A DNA stretch of 48,399 nt, from assembly GCA_041174325.1 (NCBI GenBank), contig JBEDHB010000001.1, positions 1 to 48,399 of the forward strand, read 5' to 3'. Origin of the DNA: Pseudomonadota bacterium (GTDB taxonomy: Bacteria; Pseudomonadota; Gammaproteobacteria; Burkholderiales; Burkholderiaceae). Positions within the stretch are counted from its first letter, which is position 1, and each line of letters opens with the position of its first letter. The notes under the pieces are model-generated. The model was not told the origin of the DNA. It searched no databases and saw only the letters and a program-made list of their open reading frames with translations. This document shows, piece after piece, positions 38,397-48,399 of this stretch. The position numbers and the translations under genes were made by a program.

Positions 38397-39283
38397 TTCC
38401 TTCTCAAATCCTTAAGTTTTTCTTTAATCTCACTTACCTTTTCTTGAGCAGCAAGCTCGCCAGCGAGAATAGCGGCGTTGCGCGCTCTGAAGTCAGCACT
38501 CCCCATTTGCTTGAGTTGGGGTGTAATCACGACATCAGCTTTTGCTAACTCGTATTGATTGATGCTCTGCTGCATGATGCTGATGGTTTGTTGCAATAAA
38601 CCAAGCGTGCCCGTGGCATTAAATGCGCTCGCATCGGAAGAAATATTGACGGCAATCACAAAGGTGCCACCCATCTCATGTGCATAACGGACCGGTACGG
38701 GGGCGACTAATCCGCCATCGACATATTCACGTCCTTGAATCAGTGCGGGCTGAAAGACTCCTGGCACGGCGCAGGACGCGCGGACTGCTAAACCAGTGTC
38801 GCCTCGACGAAAGAGGACGCCTTTACCGGTTTGCAATTCTGTGGCAACAATTCCGAGTGGCATGGCCATTTGTTCGACCGTTTTATTCTGGACCTCGCGA
38901 TTAACCATGTTTTGCAAAGCATCGCCTTTGATTAATCCACCAAAGCGTCCTGCAAAGGGGTGGGCCCAGTCCGCAAGTGCCGCCTCATCTAAATTGAGCC
39001 CGATGCGATTGAGTTCTAGACCGCTATAACCTGAGGCGTACAGAGCGGCAATCACACTTCCCGCGCTCGCCCCCACCACAAGATTTGGGCGAATCCCTTG
39101 GGCCTCAAGGGCCTTGATCACTCCAATATGCGCAAAGCCCCGGGCAGCGCCAGAGCCAAGAACCAGTGCAATGACCGGGGGCTTGGGGCTTTCGCGAAAT
39201 AAGCCGCAGGCGGGGAGGGTGCCAATCCCGGCAAGACCCAAGCCTTGCAAAAACAAACGACGGTTTGGAGAAAATAGCGACAT
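38393..39283 (-). CDS. Patatin-like phospholipase (RssA-like), probable Tat lipoprotein
   Basis: GSGAARG oxyanion loop, GASAG nucleophile elbow and DGG motif. N-terminus NRRLFLQG…LPAC. Confidence 0.88.
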   Translation of the reverse strand: MSLFSPNRRLFLQGLGLAGIGTLPACGLFRESPKPPVIALVLGSGAARGFAHIGVIKALEAQGIRPNLVVGASAGSVIAALYASGYSGLELNRIGLNLDEAALADWAHPFAGRFGGLIKGDALQNMVNREVQNKTVEQMAMPLGIVATELQTGKGVLFRRGDTGLAVRASCAVPGVFQPALIQGREYVDGGLVAPVPVRYAHEMGGTFVIAVNISSDASAFNATGTLGLLQQTISIMQQSINQYELAKADVVITPQLKQMGSADFRARNAAILAGELAAQEKVSEIKEKLKDLRRN

Positions 39284-39313
39284 TTGGTTATTGTATTGAC
39301 CCTACCCTATAAT
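39284..39313 (+). promoter_or_regulatory. Putative sigma70 promoter for scpB-rluB (-10 TATAAT 39308-39313)
   Basis: Perfect -10, with weak -35 TTGGTT 18 bp upstream. Confidence 0.45.
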
Positions 39314-39482
39314 GCGGAAACAGGTGTAAATTGCTTCGCAAGCGACTTGACCTTCTTGGATGGCTGGCCTCTCCCCATAAAAAGAATTGATGTGAATGAA
39401 GCCCGCACAGTCCAGATAACACCCCAACTTTTTTGACGATTGTGAACAAACCCCTAAACAGCTAAGCTGTTTAATACAACAT

Positions 39483-40112
39483 ATGGATACCGATCACCAC
39501 AAGCGGGTCGTTGAGACCGCCTTAATTTGCGCCCAAGAACCATTAACGGTCAATGAGCTGAGTCGACTCTTTGTAGACCCACCCTTAACTAATGCGGACC
39601 TGCAAAACATTTTGTTAGAAATTCAGAAAGAATGGCAAGACAAAGGGATGGAGCTTGTCAGTATTGCGACTGGCTGGCGTTTTCAAAGCCGACTTCACAT
39701 GCGCGAGTATTTGGATCGCCTCACCCCGGAAAAGCCACCAAAGTATTCACGGGCAGTGCTTGAGACCTTAGCGATCATTGCCTATCGCCAACCTGTGACG
39801 CGTGGAGAGATTGAGGAAGTACGTGGCGTGGTTGTGAGTAGCAATGTGATGCGTCAGTTAGAAGATCGTGGCTGGGTGGAGGTGGTTGGCCACAAGGAGA
39901 CAATTGGTCGACCAGGTCTTTATGCCACCACCAAACAATTTTTAGACGATTTGGGTTTAAAAGATTTACAAAGCTTACCGATGCTCGAGGATGGCTCGAT
40001 ATCCGCAGAAGCTTTAGGACAAGCTGTGATTGAGTTTGATGCCGATGCAACGGTGGAGACCGTCATTCCGCTTGAGTCGCCTACTGAGAGTGCTGAGAAT
40101 GACAAGACCTGA
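39483..40112 (+). CDS. scpB: SMC-Scp complex subunit ScpB
   Basis: [47 protein letters not shown]. Confidence 0.95.
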   Translation: MDTDHHKRVVETALICAQEPLTVNELSRLFVDPPLTNADLQNILLEIQKEWQDKGMELVSIATGWRFQSRLHMREYLDRLTPEKPPKYSRAVLETLAIIAYRQPVTRGEIEEVRGVVVSSNVMRQLEDRGWVEVVGHKETIGRPGLYATTKQFLDDLGLKDLQSLPMLEDGSISAEALGQAVIEFDADATVETVIPLESPTESAENDKT

Positions 40113-41757
40113 AAACGATTCATCCCAAGTAAGCGCCATCCCAGATACAGCCGACGGCTCCACTTCGCGAGATGAGGGTGGTGAGCAACGTAAAGACCGA
40201 AGCCCGCGGCGTTTTAATAAATTCAGTAACAAATCCCGTCCAGGCAAGTTCAATAAAAATAAGCGTCATTCAGGAGGGCCTTCAAACGAGAATCCCAAGG
40301 CGCCTACACCGGCCTCCCCTGAGCTAATCGCCGAGACCGAGGCATTATTTGCAGCTGTGGTCTCCGGTGAGTTTGATGCTGCTCTTGAGGCTCCTGAGGC
40401 TGCCCCGCAGACGGTCAGCGATGATTCAGCAGAGATCTCGCATGAGGCTGGAATTGAGCGGCGCGCTAATAAGGCGGGTGAGGAAGAATCCGAGGAGCCG
40501 GAGTCTTTAAGTGATCTCGAGCGTTTGCAATTTGCGAGCGTCGATGAGTTACCCCTGAGTTTGCGCGATGAGGTTTGGTCTGATCTCGATGGCTTAGATG
40601 ATGACGCGGATGATGAAGATACGGTTAAGTTACATAAGGTCTTGGCTGACGCAGGAATGGGATCGCGTCGTGAGATGGAAGACCTCATTATTCAAGGTCG
40701 TGTTTCGGTCAACAGCATGCCGGCCCATATTGGTCAGCGCGTTGGCCCCAGCGATATTGTTCGTATTAACGGTAAGGTCGTGCATCGCAAGATTCCAACC
40801 AAGCCCCCACGCGTGATTCTGTATCACAAACCCGCTGGCGAAATCGTGAGCCAAGCTGACCCAGAGGGGCGCCCTAGCGTGTTTGATCGCTTACCAAAAC
40901 CTCGCCAGGGTCGCTGGATTGCAGTGGGCCGTTTGGACTTCAATACCGAGGGCTTGTTACTCTTTACGACGTCGGGCGAACTCGCGAATCGCTTAATGCA
41001 TCCGCGTTATGGGGTTGAGCGTGAATACGCGGTACGTATTTTGGGTGAGCTATCGGCTGAGTCTGCTGAACAATTAAAAACTGGCATTACGCTTGACGAT
41101 GGGCAAGCACGTTTCTTGCGCTTGAGCCAAGGTGGAGGAGACGGTGCCAATCGTTGGTACTCGGTAGCGTTGACCGAAGGGCGTAATCGTGAAGTGCGTC
41201 GTATGTTTGAGGCGACCGGGCATGTGGTGTCGCGTCTCATCCGAACCCGTTATGGCATTTTTATGCTGCCACCGCGTTTGCGTCGTGGTAAGTGGGAAGA
41301 GGTGCCCATGGAAAGTGTGGCTCAACTCATGCGAATGGCGGACCTGAAGTTGCCTCAGAATATGGCAAAAGAAAAAGGTCAATCTCAAGGCAGATCATCA
41401 CGGACGGATCCAGCGAGCGATCCGAACTTTCAACCCGATCCCATGCAAACCTCTGTGTCGTACTGGGGATCTAAAGAAGCACTCACGCTAGCCAGTCATC
41501 ATGGTCATGGGGTGTCTCATTTGCCTGGGCAGGGTCGCGGGTCAAATAGTGGCGGGGGACGCGGTGGTTTTGGACAAAAACCATCTCACTCCAAAGGGGG
41601 CAAATCAGGCTCACCCCGCTCGAAGGGTCAAAAGGTCCATCACGCTAGTGGCTTTAGCGCCCCATCGGGTAATAATCCAGGGGGTCAGCGGCGACCCAGT
41701 AAGGGCAAGTCGTTCAAAGGGCCCCGCAAGCCCCGTAATCCTGGCGAAAGTTTCTGA
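40099..41757 (+). CDS. rluB: 23S rRNA pseudouridine synthase RluB with long disordered extensions
   Basis: S4 domain [45 protein letters not shown] 40099 overlaps the end of scpB. Confidence 0.92.
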   Translation: MTRPENDSSQVSAIPDTADGSTSRDEGGEQRKDRSPRRFNKFSNKSRPGKFNKNKRHSGGPSNENPKAPTPASPELIAETEALFAAVVSGEFDAALEAPEAAPQTVSDDSAEISHEAGIERRANKAGEEESEEPESLSDLERLQFASVDELPLSLRDEVWSDLDGLDDDADDEDTVKLHKVLADAGMGSRREMEDLIIQGRVSVNSMPAHIGQRVGPSDIVRINGKVVHRKIPTKPPRVILYHKPAGEIVSQADPEGRPSVFDRLPKPRQGRWIAVGRLDFNTEGLLLFTTSGELANRLMHPRYGVEREYAVRILGELSAESAEQLKTGITLDDGQARFLRLSQGGGDGANRWYSVALTEGRNREVRRMFEATGHVVSRLIRTRYGIFMLPPRLRRGKWEEVPMESVAQLMRMADLKLPQNMAKEKGQSQGRSSRTDPASDPNFQPDPMQTSVSYWGSKEALTLASHHGHGVSHLPGQGRGSNSGGGRGGFGQKPSHSKGGKSGSPRSKGQKVHHASGFSAPSGNNPGGQRRPSKGKSFKGPRKPRNPGESF

Positions 41758-41783
41758 TTTCTCAGTGATTTTTTTGATTCAGG

Positions 41784-41877
41784 TATAATTTACACATATA
41801 CCGGCTGATGTTGACATCAACGTAAGCTGGCCTGTTCTGGTAATGAGGAATATGGGCTTGTAAGCCCATTTTTTTTT
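41784..41877 (+). promoter_or_regulatory. rimP-operon promoter (-10 TATAAT 41784-41789) and structured leader ending in an intrinsic terminator/attenuator
   Basis: Hairpin ATGGGCT-tgta-AGCCCAT followed by a T8 run (41852-41877), downstream of the -10 and upstream of rimP. Confidence 0.7.
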
Positions 41878-41931
41878 GCCAAACGCTTTGTAAAGGTGGC
41901 TTTGTAACAGCAGTTGATTTATGGGGAAGAA

Positions 41932-42423
41932 GTGAAAGAACAGCAGATTATTTCTGCCGAAGTACGCAATTTGGGGTACTCACTCGTTGATATCGAGCGG
42001 GAAGGCCGTGGTTTATTGCGGGTCACGATTGAGAACCCCGATTATGACCGCATGATTACCGTTGAGGATTGCGAGAAGGTGAGCCATCAGTTGACCTATA
42101 CCTTTGCTGTTGAGAACGTGCCGTACGAGCGACTCGAGGTCTCCTCGCCAGGGTTGGATCGACCGATCAAGACCGGCGATGATTTTGTTCGGTTCGCAGG
42201 TTTAGAGATTGAGTTGAAGTTGCGAATTGCAGTAGGTAATCGAAAGAATTTTAAAGGGGTGTTGCAAGGCCTGACGTCTGGGGTTGTCAACACACCGGAT
42301 GCAAAGTTTAGTTTGTTATTTGAGGCGAGTGATGGATCTCCGGCCGAACTGGAATTTAGTTTGTCTGAAGTAGAAAAAGCTCGTTTGGTCCCTGTTATTG
42401 ATTTCAAAGGAAGAAAATCATGA
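41932..42423 (+). CDS. rimP: Ribosome maturation factor RimP
   Basis: [42 protein letters not shown] start after GGGGAAG. Confidence 0.93.
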   Translation: MKEQQIISAEVRNLGYSLVDIEREGRGLLRVTIENPDYDRMITVEDCEKVSHQLTYTFAVENVPYERLEVSSPGLDRPIKTGDDFVRFAGLEIELKLRIAVGNRKNFKGVLQGLTSGVVNTPDAKFSLLFEASDGSPAELEFSLSEVEKARLVPVIDFKGRKS

Positions 42424-43898
42424 GTCGTGAAGTCCTCATGTTGGCAGAAGCCCTAGCCCGTGAAAAAAATGTTGATCGTGAGATCGTGTTTGAAGCGCTT
42501 GAGTTGGCGCTTGCCTCGGCAACTAAGAAACGGTATACCGAAGACGTTGATATTCGAGTTTCGATTGATCGCACAAGCGGTGAGTACGAGACCTTCCGTC
42601 GTTGGTTGGTGGTGCCTGATGAAGCTGGTTTACAGGAGCCCGATAAAGAAATTTTGCAATTTGAGGCCAAAGAGCAAATTTCAGATATCGAGACGGGTGA
42701 TTACATCGAAGAGCAAATTGAATCCCTAGCTTTTGGCCGAATTGGTGCCCAAGCTGCTAAGCAAGTGATCTTGCAGCGTATTCGCGATGCCGAGCGCGAG
42801 CAGATCTTGAATGATTATCTAGAGCGCGGTGAAAAAATTATGACCGGCACCGTCAAGCGGGCTGATAAAAATGGTTTGATTGTGGAATCGGGTCGAGTTG
42901 AGGCATTACTGCGTCGCGATCAAATGATCCCTAAAGAGAACCTACGCTCAGGCGACCGTGTGCGTGCCTATATTCTGAAAGTGGATCGTGAGGCACGTGG
43001 CCCCCAAATTGAACTCTCGAGAACATGCCCTGACTTTTTGATTAAGTTGTTTGAAAACGAAGTGCCTGAGATTGAGCAGCGCTTGTTGGAAATTAAGGGT
43101 GCTGCGCGTGATCCTGGGATCCGTGCCAAGATTGCCGTAGTGACTTATGACAAGCGTATTGATCCGATTGGTACCTGCGTAGGTGTACGTGGCACCCGTG
43201 TCACTGCAGTTCGTAACGAAGTAGCGGGCGAAGCCGTTGATATCGTTTTGTGGTCTGAAGATCCAGCCCAATTTGTGATTGGTGCATTAGCCCCTGCACA
43301 AGTGTCATCGATCGTGGTTGACGAAGAGCGTCATGCCATGGATGTGGTGGTCGACGAAGAAAACTTGGCCATTGCGATTGGTCGCAGCGGTCAGAACGTC
43401 CGTTTAGCCAGTGAATTAACCGGCTGGCAAATTAACATCATGACCCCGGAAGAATCTGCTGAGAAGTCTGAAAAAGAATCTGTGGCTGTGCGCCAACTCT
43501 TTATGGACAAGTTAGATGTGGATCAAGAGGTTGCTGATATTTTGATCGAAGAGGGCTTTAATTCGCTTGAGGAAGTTGCCTATGTGCCACTTTCTGAAAT
43601 GCTCGAGATTGAAGCATTTGACGAAGATACCGTCAATGAGTTACGGACTCGTGCTCGTGACTCGTTGCTCACGATGGAGTTAGCGAAAGAAGAGCGTCTT
43701 GAAGAGGTCTCTCAAGATTTGCGATCGCTTGAAGGTCTTTCCACAGAATACATTGCAACCTTAGCCGAGAACCAAGTGCATACACGCGATGATCTGGCTG
43801 GATTGGCTGTAGATGAGCTCGTTGAGATGACGGGCATGGATGAAACAGCAGCCAAAACGCTCATTATGAAGGCGCGCGAACATTGGTTTAATGCATGA
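42420..43898 (+). CDS. nusA: Transcription elongation factor NusA
   Basis: [40 protein letters not shown]. Confidence 0.98.
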   Translation: MSREVLMLAEALAREKNVDREIVFEALELALASATKKRYTEDVDIRVSIDRTSGEYETFRRWLVVPDEAGLQEPDKEILQFEAKEQISDIETGDYIEEQIESLAFGRIGAQAAKQVILQRIRDAEREQILNDYLERGEKIMTGTVKRADKNGLIVESGRVEALLRRDQMIPKENLRSGDRVRAYILKVDREARGPQIELSRTCPDFLIKLFENEVPEIEQRLLEIKGAARDPGIRAKIAVVTYDKRIDPIGTCVGVRGTRVTAVRNEVAGEAVDIVLWSEDPAQFVIGALAPAQVSSIVVDEERHAMDVVVDEENLAIAIGRSGQNVRLASELTGWQINIMTPEESAEKSEKESVAVRQLFMDKLDVDQEVADILIEEGFNSLEEVAYVPLSEMLEIEAFDEDTVNELRTRARDSLLTMELAKEERLEEVSQDLRSLEGLSTEYIATLAENQVHTRDDLAGLAVDELVEMTGMDETAAKTLIMKAREHWFNA

Positions 43899-43908
43899 GG
43901 GGAAGCGC

Positions 43909-46605
43909 ATGGCAACAACAACTGTAAAAGCATTAGCCGAGGAGCTTAAACGCAGTCCTGCAGATTTATTGGAACAGCTCAAGGCCGCCGGAATCGACAA
44001 GGAGTCCGAGGCCGATATGATTACCGATAAAGATAAGACCGCGTTGCTTGCTTATCTTCAAAAAGCACACGGCAGTGCTGAGACCGGTGCTCGTAAAAAG
44101 ATCACCCTTACCAAGCGTGAGACCAGCGAAATTCGTCAAGCGGATTCGGCGGGGCGAACCCGTACCGTGCAAGTTGAGGTGCGTAAAAAGCGTGTCTTAG
44201 TAAAACGTGATGATGCCGGCAAGGCTGATGAGCCGACTGAGGTAAAACCAGCTGCGGCAGTTGAGACCAAGCCTATTCTTTCGGACGAGGAGTTGGAAAA
44301 GCGTGCTGCGGAAGCCGCTCGTCAAGCCGAACTCTTGGCGCGGCAAGAAGCCGAAATGAAGGCGGCGAGTGAGGCAAAGCAAAAGAAGGTAGAAGCCGAG
44401 CAAAAGCCAAGCAAAGTGGAGGCTGAGCAAGAGGCTGCCAGTAAAGAGCAGGCCAAAAAAGAGCTCGCTGAACTGCAATCACGCCGTGCGGCAGCAGAAG
44501 CTGAGGTATCAGCAATTCGGGATATGATGAGCGCCCCCGCTCGCGTGCTCAAAGCCCCTAGTGAGATAGCGAGTGAGGAGGCTAAAAAAGGCACCTTGCA
44601 TAAGCCAGTTAAGGCTGATGGTGGCGAGGATAAGAAAAAGCCCGCTAAGGTTGGCGGCAAACTGATTAAATCCTCTGAGACGTCCTCCACCTGGCAGGAA
44701 GAGGGTGCGAAGCGTAAGGTTGGATTAAAAACACGTGGCGATCTAACAGGTGGCTTAGGTGGTGGATGGAGAACAGGCGGTGGTCGCAAGAAGCAACAGC
44801 ATCAAGAAGATAATCCGGCGAGTAATTTCCAGGTACCCACTGAACCGATTGTGCGCGATGTGCACATTCCAGAGACCATTACGGTTGCTGATCTAGCCCA
44901 CAAGATGGCAGTCAAAGGTGCTGAGGTCATCAAGTTACTCATGGGTATGGGTCAGATGGTGACCATTAACCAGGTCTTGGATCAAGACACTGCGATGATC
45001 ATCGTTGAAGAGATGGGCCATAAAGCACATGCTGCTAAATTAGATGACCCGGAAATTGATCTTGGAGATTCGGCTGAAGATGCTCCTTTAATCCCAAGAC
45101 CACCGGTTGTGACCGTGATGGGCCACGTTGATCATGGTAAAACCTCACTCTTGGATAAGATCCGAGTTGCGAAAGTGGCAGCTGGTGAAGCGGGTGGCAT
45201 TACACAGCATATCGGTGCTTATCACGTCGAGACCCCGCGCGGCGTAATCACATTCTTAGATACCCCTGGCCACGAAGCCTTTACAGCGATGCGTGCACGC
45301 GGTGCAAAGGCCACCGACATCGTAATCTTGGTGGTGGCTGCCGATGACGGCGTGATGCCACAAACCCGTGAAGCGATTCATCATGCGAAAGCAGCCAATG
45401 TGCCCTTAGTGGTAGCGATCAATAAGATCGACAAGCCCGAAGCGAATCCAGATCGGGTTAAAACCGAATTAGTGAGCGAAGAGGTGGTACCCGAAGAGTA
45501 TGGTGGTGACTCGCCATTTATCGGAGTGTCAGCAAAGACTGGCGAGGGCATTGATGCCTTGCTTGAAAACGTGCTGTTGCAAGCCGAAGTGTTGGAACTC
45601 AAGGCTCCCAAAGAAGCGCCTGCCCAGGGTATTGTGATTGAAGCTCGCCTCGATAAAGGTCGGGGACCGGTCGCTACCGTATTGGTTCAATCTGGCACAT
45701 TAAAGCGTGGCGATATGTTGTTAGCCGGCCAGTCTTATGGGCGTATTCGTGCGATGTTGGATGAAAACGGTAAATCAACCAACGAAGCAGGACCATCGAT
45801 TCCGGTCGAGATTCAAGGTTTGTCCGAAGTGCCCGATGCCGGGGAATCTTTCCAGGTGGTGGCCGATGAGCGTAAGGCGCGGGAGATTGCACTGTTCCGT
45901 CAAGGTAAGTTCCGCGACGTTAAGCTCGCTAAGCAACAAGCGGTCAAGCTAGAGAATATGATGGAGACCATGGGCGAGGGTGCAGTTGAAGCTAAATTGC
46001 TCCCGATCATTATTAAAGCCGATGTGCAGGGTTCGCAAGAAGCGCTGTCACAGTCTCTACAAAAGCTTTCTACCGATGAGGTGAAGGTACAGATCGTGCA
46101 TGCCGCCGTTGGTGGCATTACCGAAACCGATGTCAATCTCGCGATTGCCTCGAAAGGTGTGATTATTGGCTTTAATGCCCGAGCCGATGCGGTAGCGCGT
46201 AAGCTTGCCGAGAGTAACGGAGTTGATATTCGGTATCACAACATTATTTATGACGCGGTCGATGAAGTGAAGGCGGCCTTAAGCGGCATGCTGACACCAG
46301 ATAAGAAGGAAGAAATTACTGGCTTAGTTGAGATTCGTCAGGTCTTCTTGGTTTCCAAGGTTGGTGCGATTGCAGGTTGTATGGTGCTCGATGGGATTGT
46401 GCGCCGTAACTCGCGTGTTCGCTTATTGCGTGACAATGTCGTGGTATGGACTGGTGAGCTCGACTCCTTAAAGCGTTTTAAAGATGATGTGAAAGAAGTC
46501 AAAGGCGGTTTTGAGTGCGGCCTTTCCTTGAAGAACAATAATGATATTCAAGAGGGCGACCAACTCGAAATCTTTGAAGTGACTGAAGTAGCGAGAACCC
46601 TTTAG
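43909..46605 (+). CDS. infB: Translation initiation factor IF-2
   Basis: [50 protein letters not shown]. Confidence 0.98.
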   Translation: MATTTVKALAEELKRSPADLLEQLKAAGIDKESEADMITDKDKTALLAYLQKAHGSAETGARKKITLTKRETSEIRQADSAGRTRTVQVEVRKKRVLVKRDDAGKADEPTEVKPAAAVETKPILSDEELEKRAAEAARQAELLARQEAEMKAASEAKQKKVEAEQKPSKVEAEQEAASKEQAKKELAELQSRRAAAEAEVSAIRDMMSAPARVLKAPSEIASEEAKKGTLHKPVKADGGEDKKKPAKVGGKLIKSSETSSTWQEEGAKRKVGLKTRGDLTGGLGGGWRTGGGRKKQQHQEDNPASNFQVPTEPIVRDVHIPETITVADLAHKMAVKGAEVIKLLMGMGQMVTINQVLDQDTAMIIVEEMGHKAHAAKLDDPEIDLGDSAEDAPLIPRPPVVTVMGHVDHGKTSLLDKIRVAKVAAGEAGGITQHIGAYHVETPRGVITFLDTPGHEAFTAMRARGAKATDIVILVVAADDGVMPQTREAIHHAKAANVPLVVAINKIDKPEANPDRVKTELVSEEVVPEEYGGDSPFIGVSAKTGEGIDALLENVLLQAEVLELKAPKEAPAQGIVIEARLDKGRGPVATVLVQSGTLKRGDMLLAGQSYGRIRAMLDENGKSTNEAGPSIPVEIQGLSEVPDAGESFQVVADERKAREIALFRQGKFRDVKLAKQQAVKLENMMETMGEGAVEAKLLPIIIKADVQGSQEALSQSLQKLSTDEVKVQIVHAAVGGITETDVNLAIASKGVIIGFNARADAVARKLAESNGVDIRYHNIIYDAVDEVKAALSGMLTPDKKEEITGLVEIRQVFLVSKVGAIAGCMVLDGIVRRNSRVRLLRDNVVVWTGELDSLKRFKDDVKEVKGGFECGLSLKNNNDIQEGDQLEIFEVTEVARTL

Positions 46606-46610
46606 TCATT

Positions 46611-46967
46611 ATGCATAAAACGAGCCCACATCGTCATCAGCGTCTCGCGGATCAAATTCAGCGCGATCTTGCAGAGTTGATTCCCCGGGAACTGCGTGAT
46701 CCCTTGAATGGTTTAATTACCATTCAAGCAGTGGAGCTTTCGCCTGATCTCGCGCACGCGAAGGTGTATTTCACGGTTTTGGGAGGTGATCCGCAGTATG
46801 CGCTGGGATCGCTCCAGGAAAAAGCCGGATATTTGCACTCTCTGCTCTTTAAGCGGATGCACACCCATACCGTACCTACGTTGCATTTTGTGTTTGATAC
46901 CTCAGTAGAGCGGGGCGCAGAGATGTCGCGATTAATTGATCAGGCCTTGGGCTCAAAGCCTAATTAA
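46611..46967 (+). CDS. rbfA: Ribosome-binding factor A
   Basis: [40 protein letters not shown]. Confidence 0.96.
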   Translation: MHKTSPHRHQRLADQIQRDLAELIPRELRDPLNGLITIQAVELSPDLAHAKVYFTVLGGDPQYALGSLQEKAGYLHSLLFKRMHTHTVPTLHFVFDTSVERGAEMSRLIDQALGSKPN

Positions 46968-47896
46968 TGGTGATGGCGCAACGGATTGATGGGGTGGTCT
47001 TACTGGACAAACCCAATGGTATGAGTTCGCAAGGTGCGGTCACTGCGGTCAAACGCTATTTTCAGGCAGAAAAGGCTGGTCACACAGGTACCTTAGATCC
47101 GATGGCAACCGGTTTATTGCCCATTTGTTTGGGTGAGGCCACCAAGTATTCACAAGATCTTTTGGATGCCGATAAGACCTACGCTGCAACCCTGCGATTT
47201 GGAATCGAAACCGATACTGGTGATGCTGAGGGGCAAATATTGGCCGAGCGATCAACTGCTGAAGTAACAGATAGTTTGATGGCTAAATCATTATTGGAGG
47301 CGATTTTGCCTACGTTCATGGGTGAAATCGAGCAGATTCCTCCGATGTACTCCGCATTAAAGCGGGATGGCAAACCCCTTTATGAGTACGCGCGCTCAGG
47401 TGTGGAGATTGAGCGTGAGCCCCGAAGAATTACCGTTTACTCGATTCGTCTAGTATCAATCCATTGGCCCCACGTAGAGATTGAAGTCCACTGCAGTAAG
47501 GGAACCTATATCCGAGTCTTGGCACAAGACATTGGCAGTGCATTAGGCTGCGGCGCACATTTGAGCGGATTACGACGCACTAAAGTTGGTCACCTTAGTC
47601 TGGAGCAGGGCTGCACCCTGGAGACCCTTGAAAACTCCCCCAAGGTATTACTTCCAGTGGATGCCTTGTTGCAAACTCTGCCCGAGTTGACCGTGGATGA
47701 CCAGCAAGCCAAACGTCTGGAGATGGGTCAGCGTGTCCCATGCGCACTCAATCGCGCCAGCCAGTGGGCCAATTCCTTATTTCGGATTTATCGCAGCCAA
47801 GCCTTGCCGCAAAACTTTATTGGCACGGCGGATTGGCGTTCGGGTGTGCTGCACCCTCGACGCTTTATCGCCCAACGACTTCTGAACCAAAATTAA
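46967..47896 (+). CDS. truB: tRNA pseudouridine(55) synthase
   Basis: [41 protein letters not shown]. Confidence 0.97.
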   Translation: MVMAQRIDGVVLLDKPNGMSSQGAVTAVKRYFQAEKAGHTGTLDPMATGLLPICLGEATKYSQDLLDADKTYAATLRFGIETDTGDAEGQILAERSTAEVTDSLMAKSLLEAILPTFMGEIEQIPPMYSALKRDGKPLYEYARSGVEIEREPRRITVYSIRLVSIHWPHVEIEVHCSKGTYIRVLAQDIGSALGCGAHLSGLRRTKVGHLSLEQGCTLETLENSPKVLLPVDALLQTLPELTVDDQQAKRLEMGQRVPCALNRASQWANSLFRIYRSQALPQNFIGTADWRSGVLHPRRFIAQRLLNQN

Positions 47897-47919
47897 TTGA
47901 TCTTTTTGTAAAGCAACTC

Positions 47920-48399
47920 ATGACCAAACGCGCACTTCGTAATATTGCCATCATCGCCCACGTTGACCACGGCAAAACCACTCTCGTTGATCAACTCTTA
48001 CGGCAATCTGGAACCTTCCGTTCGAACGAAAAGATCTCCGAACGAATCATGGATTCGAATGATCTCGAGAAAGAGCGCGGTATTACTATCTTGGCTAAAA
48101 ACTGCGCCGTGGAGTATGAGGGTACGCATATTAATATTGTGGATACGCCTGGGCACGCTGACTTTGGTGGCGAGGTTGAACGTGTTCTCTCCATGGTAGA
48201 TGGCGTATTGCTGCTGGTAGATGCAGTTGAAGGCCCGATGCCCCAAACCCGTTTTGTGACCAAGAAAGCACTTGCCTTGGGTTTAAAGCCCATCGTTGTA
48301 ATCAATAAGGTGGATCGTCCCGGAGCCCGATGTGATTATGTGATTAATGCAACCTTTGAGCTCTTTGATAAATTGGGTGCAACCGAGGAGCAGTTGGAC
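47920..48399 (+). CDS. typA: Translational GTPase TypA/BipA, partial (runs off the window; not in the ORF track)
   Basis: Manual translation: [31 protein letters not shown]…[18 protein letters not shown]…[21 protein letters not shown]. Confidence 0.96.
   Translation, partial: MTKRALRNIAIIAHVDHGKTTLVDQLLRQSGTFRSNEKISERIMDSNDLEKERGITILAKNCAVEYEGTHINIVDTPGHADFGGEVERVLSMVDGVLLLVDAVEGPMPQTRFVTKKALALGLKPIVVINKVDRPGARCDYVINATFELFDKLGATEEQLD

Noticed and set aside
39284-39482. Possible tRNA gene in the patatin-scpB or rluB-rimP intergenic regions
   Set aside because: No cloverleaf, T-loop GTTCGA or CCA end could be found.
39483-40112. scpB without an adjacent scpA
   Set aside because: scpB-rluB linkage with scpA elsewhere is common in Burkholderiales, and absence from one window is uninformative.
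40099-41757. Long acidic N-terminal and Gly/Lys/Ser-rich C-terminal extensions of RluB
   Set aside because: Disordered extensions are usual for betaproteobacterial RluB; there is no evidence of a fusion or intein.
47945-48305. Short ORFs listed at the right end of the window
   Set aside because: They are off-frame or antisense to the partial typA gene that starts at 47920.

Overview
Bacterial chromosomal DNA of roughly 50% GC (estimated by eye). The housekeeping proteins and gene order look like Burkholderiaceae, most likely a Polynucleobacter-like freshwater betaproteobacterium (inference). Positions ~80-20,040 hold part of an anoxygenic photosynthesis gene cluster. On the minus strand is ppaA/aerR-ppsR-crtA-crtD-crtC. 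Divergently on the plus strand is a tightly packed 15-gene run: bchF-N-B-L-M-lhaA-puhA-B-C-acsF-puhE-bchG-pucC-bchP-tspO. bchH is missing from its usual slot, and PpsR boxes lie in the divergent promoter. Next come a flavocytochrome c sulfide dehydrogenase pair (fccAB), a coupled ArnT-like glycosyltransferase / Asp-box sialidase-like / membrane protein operon, and an itaconate/C5-dicarboxylate-type catabolic cluster (hydratase, MmgE/PrpD, CoA-ester lyase, Bug receptor). These are followed by chrA (apparently needing an ATT start), fabI, yejABEF, an NlpC/P60 protein lacking its catalytic Cys, and a Tat-lipoprotein patatin. The window ends in the core scpB-rluB-rimP-nusA-infB-rbfA-truB-typA block. 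I saw no tRNA, rRNA, CRISPR array, integrase or transposase. All gene calls come from recognising motifs by eye; no database search was run.
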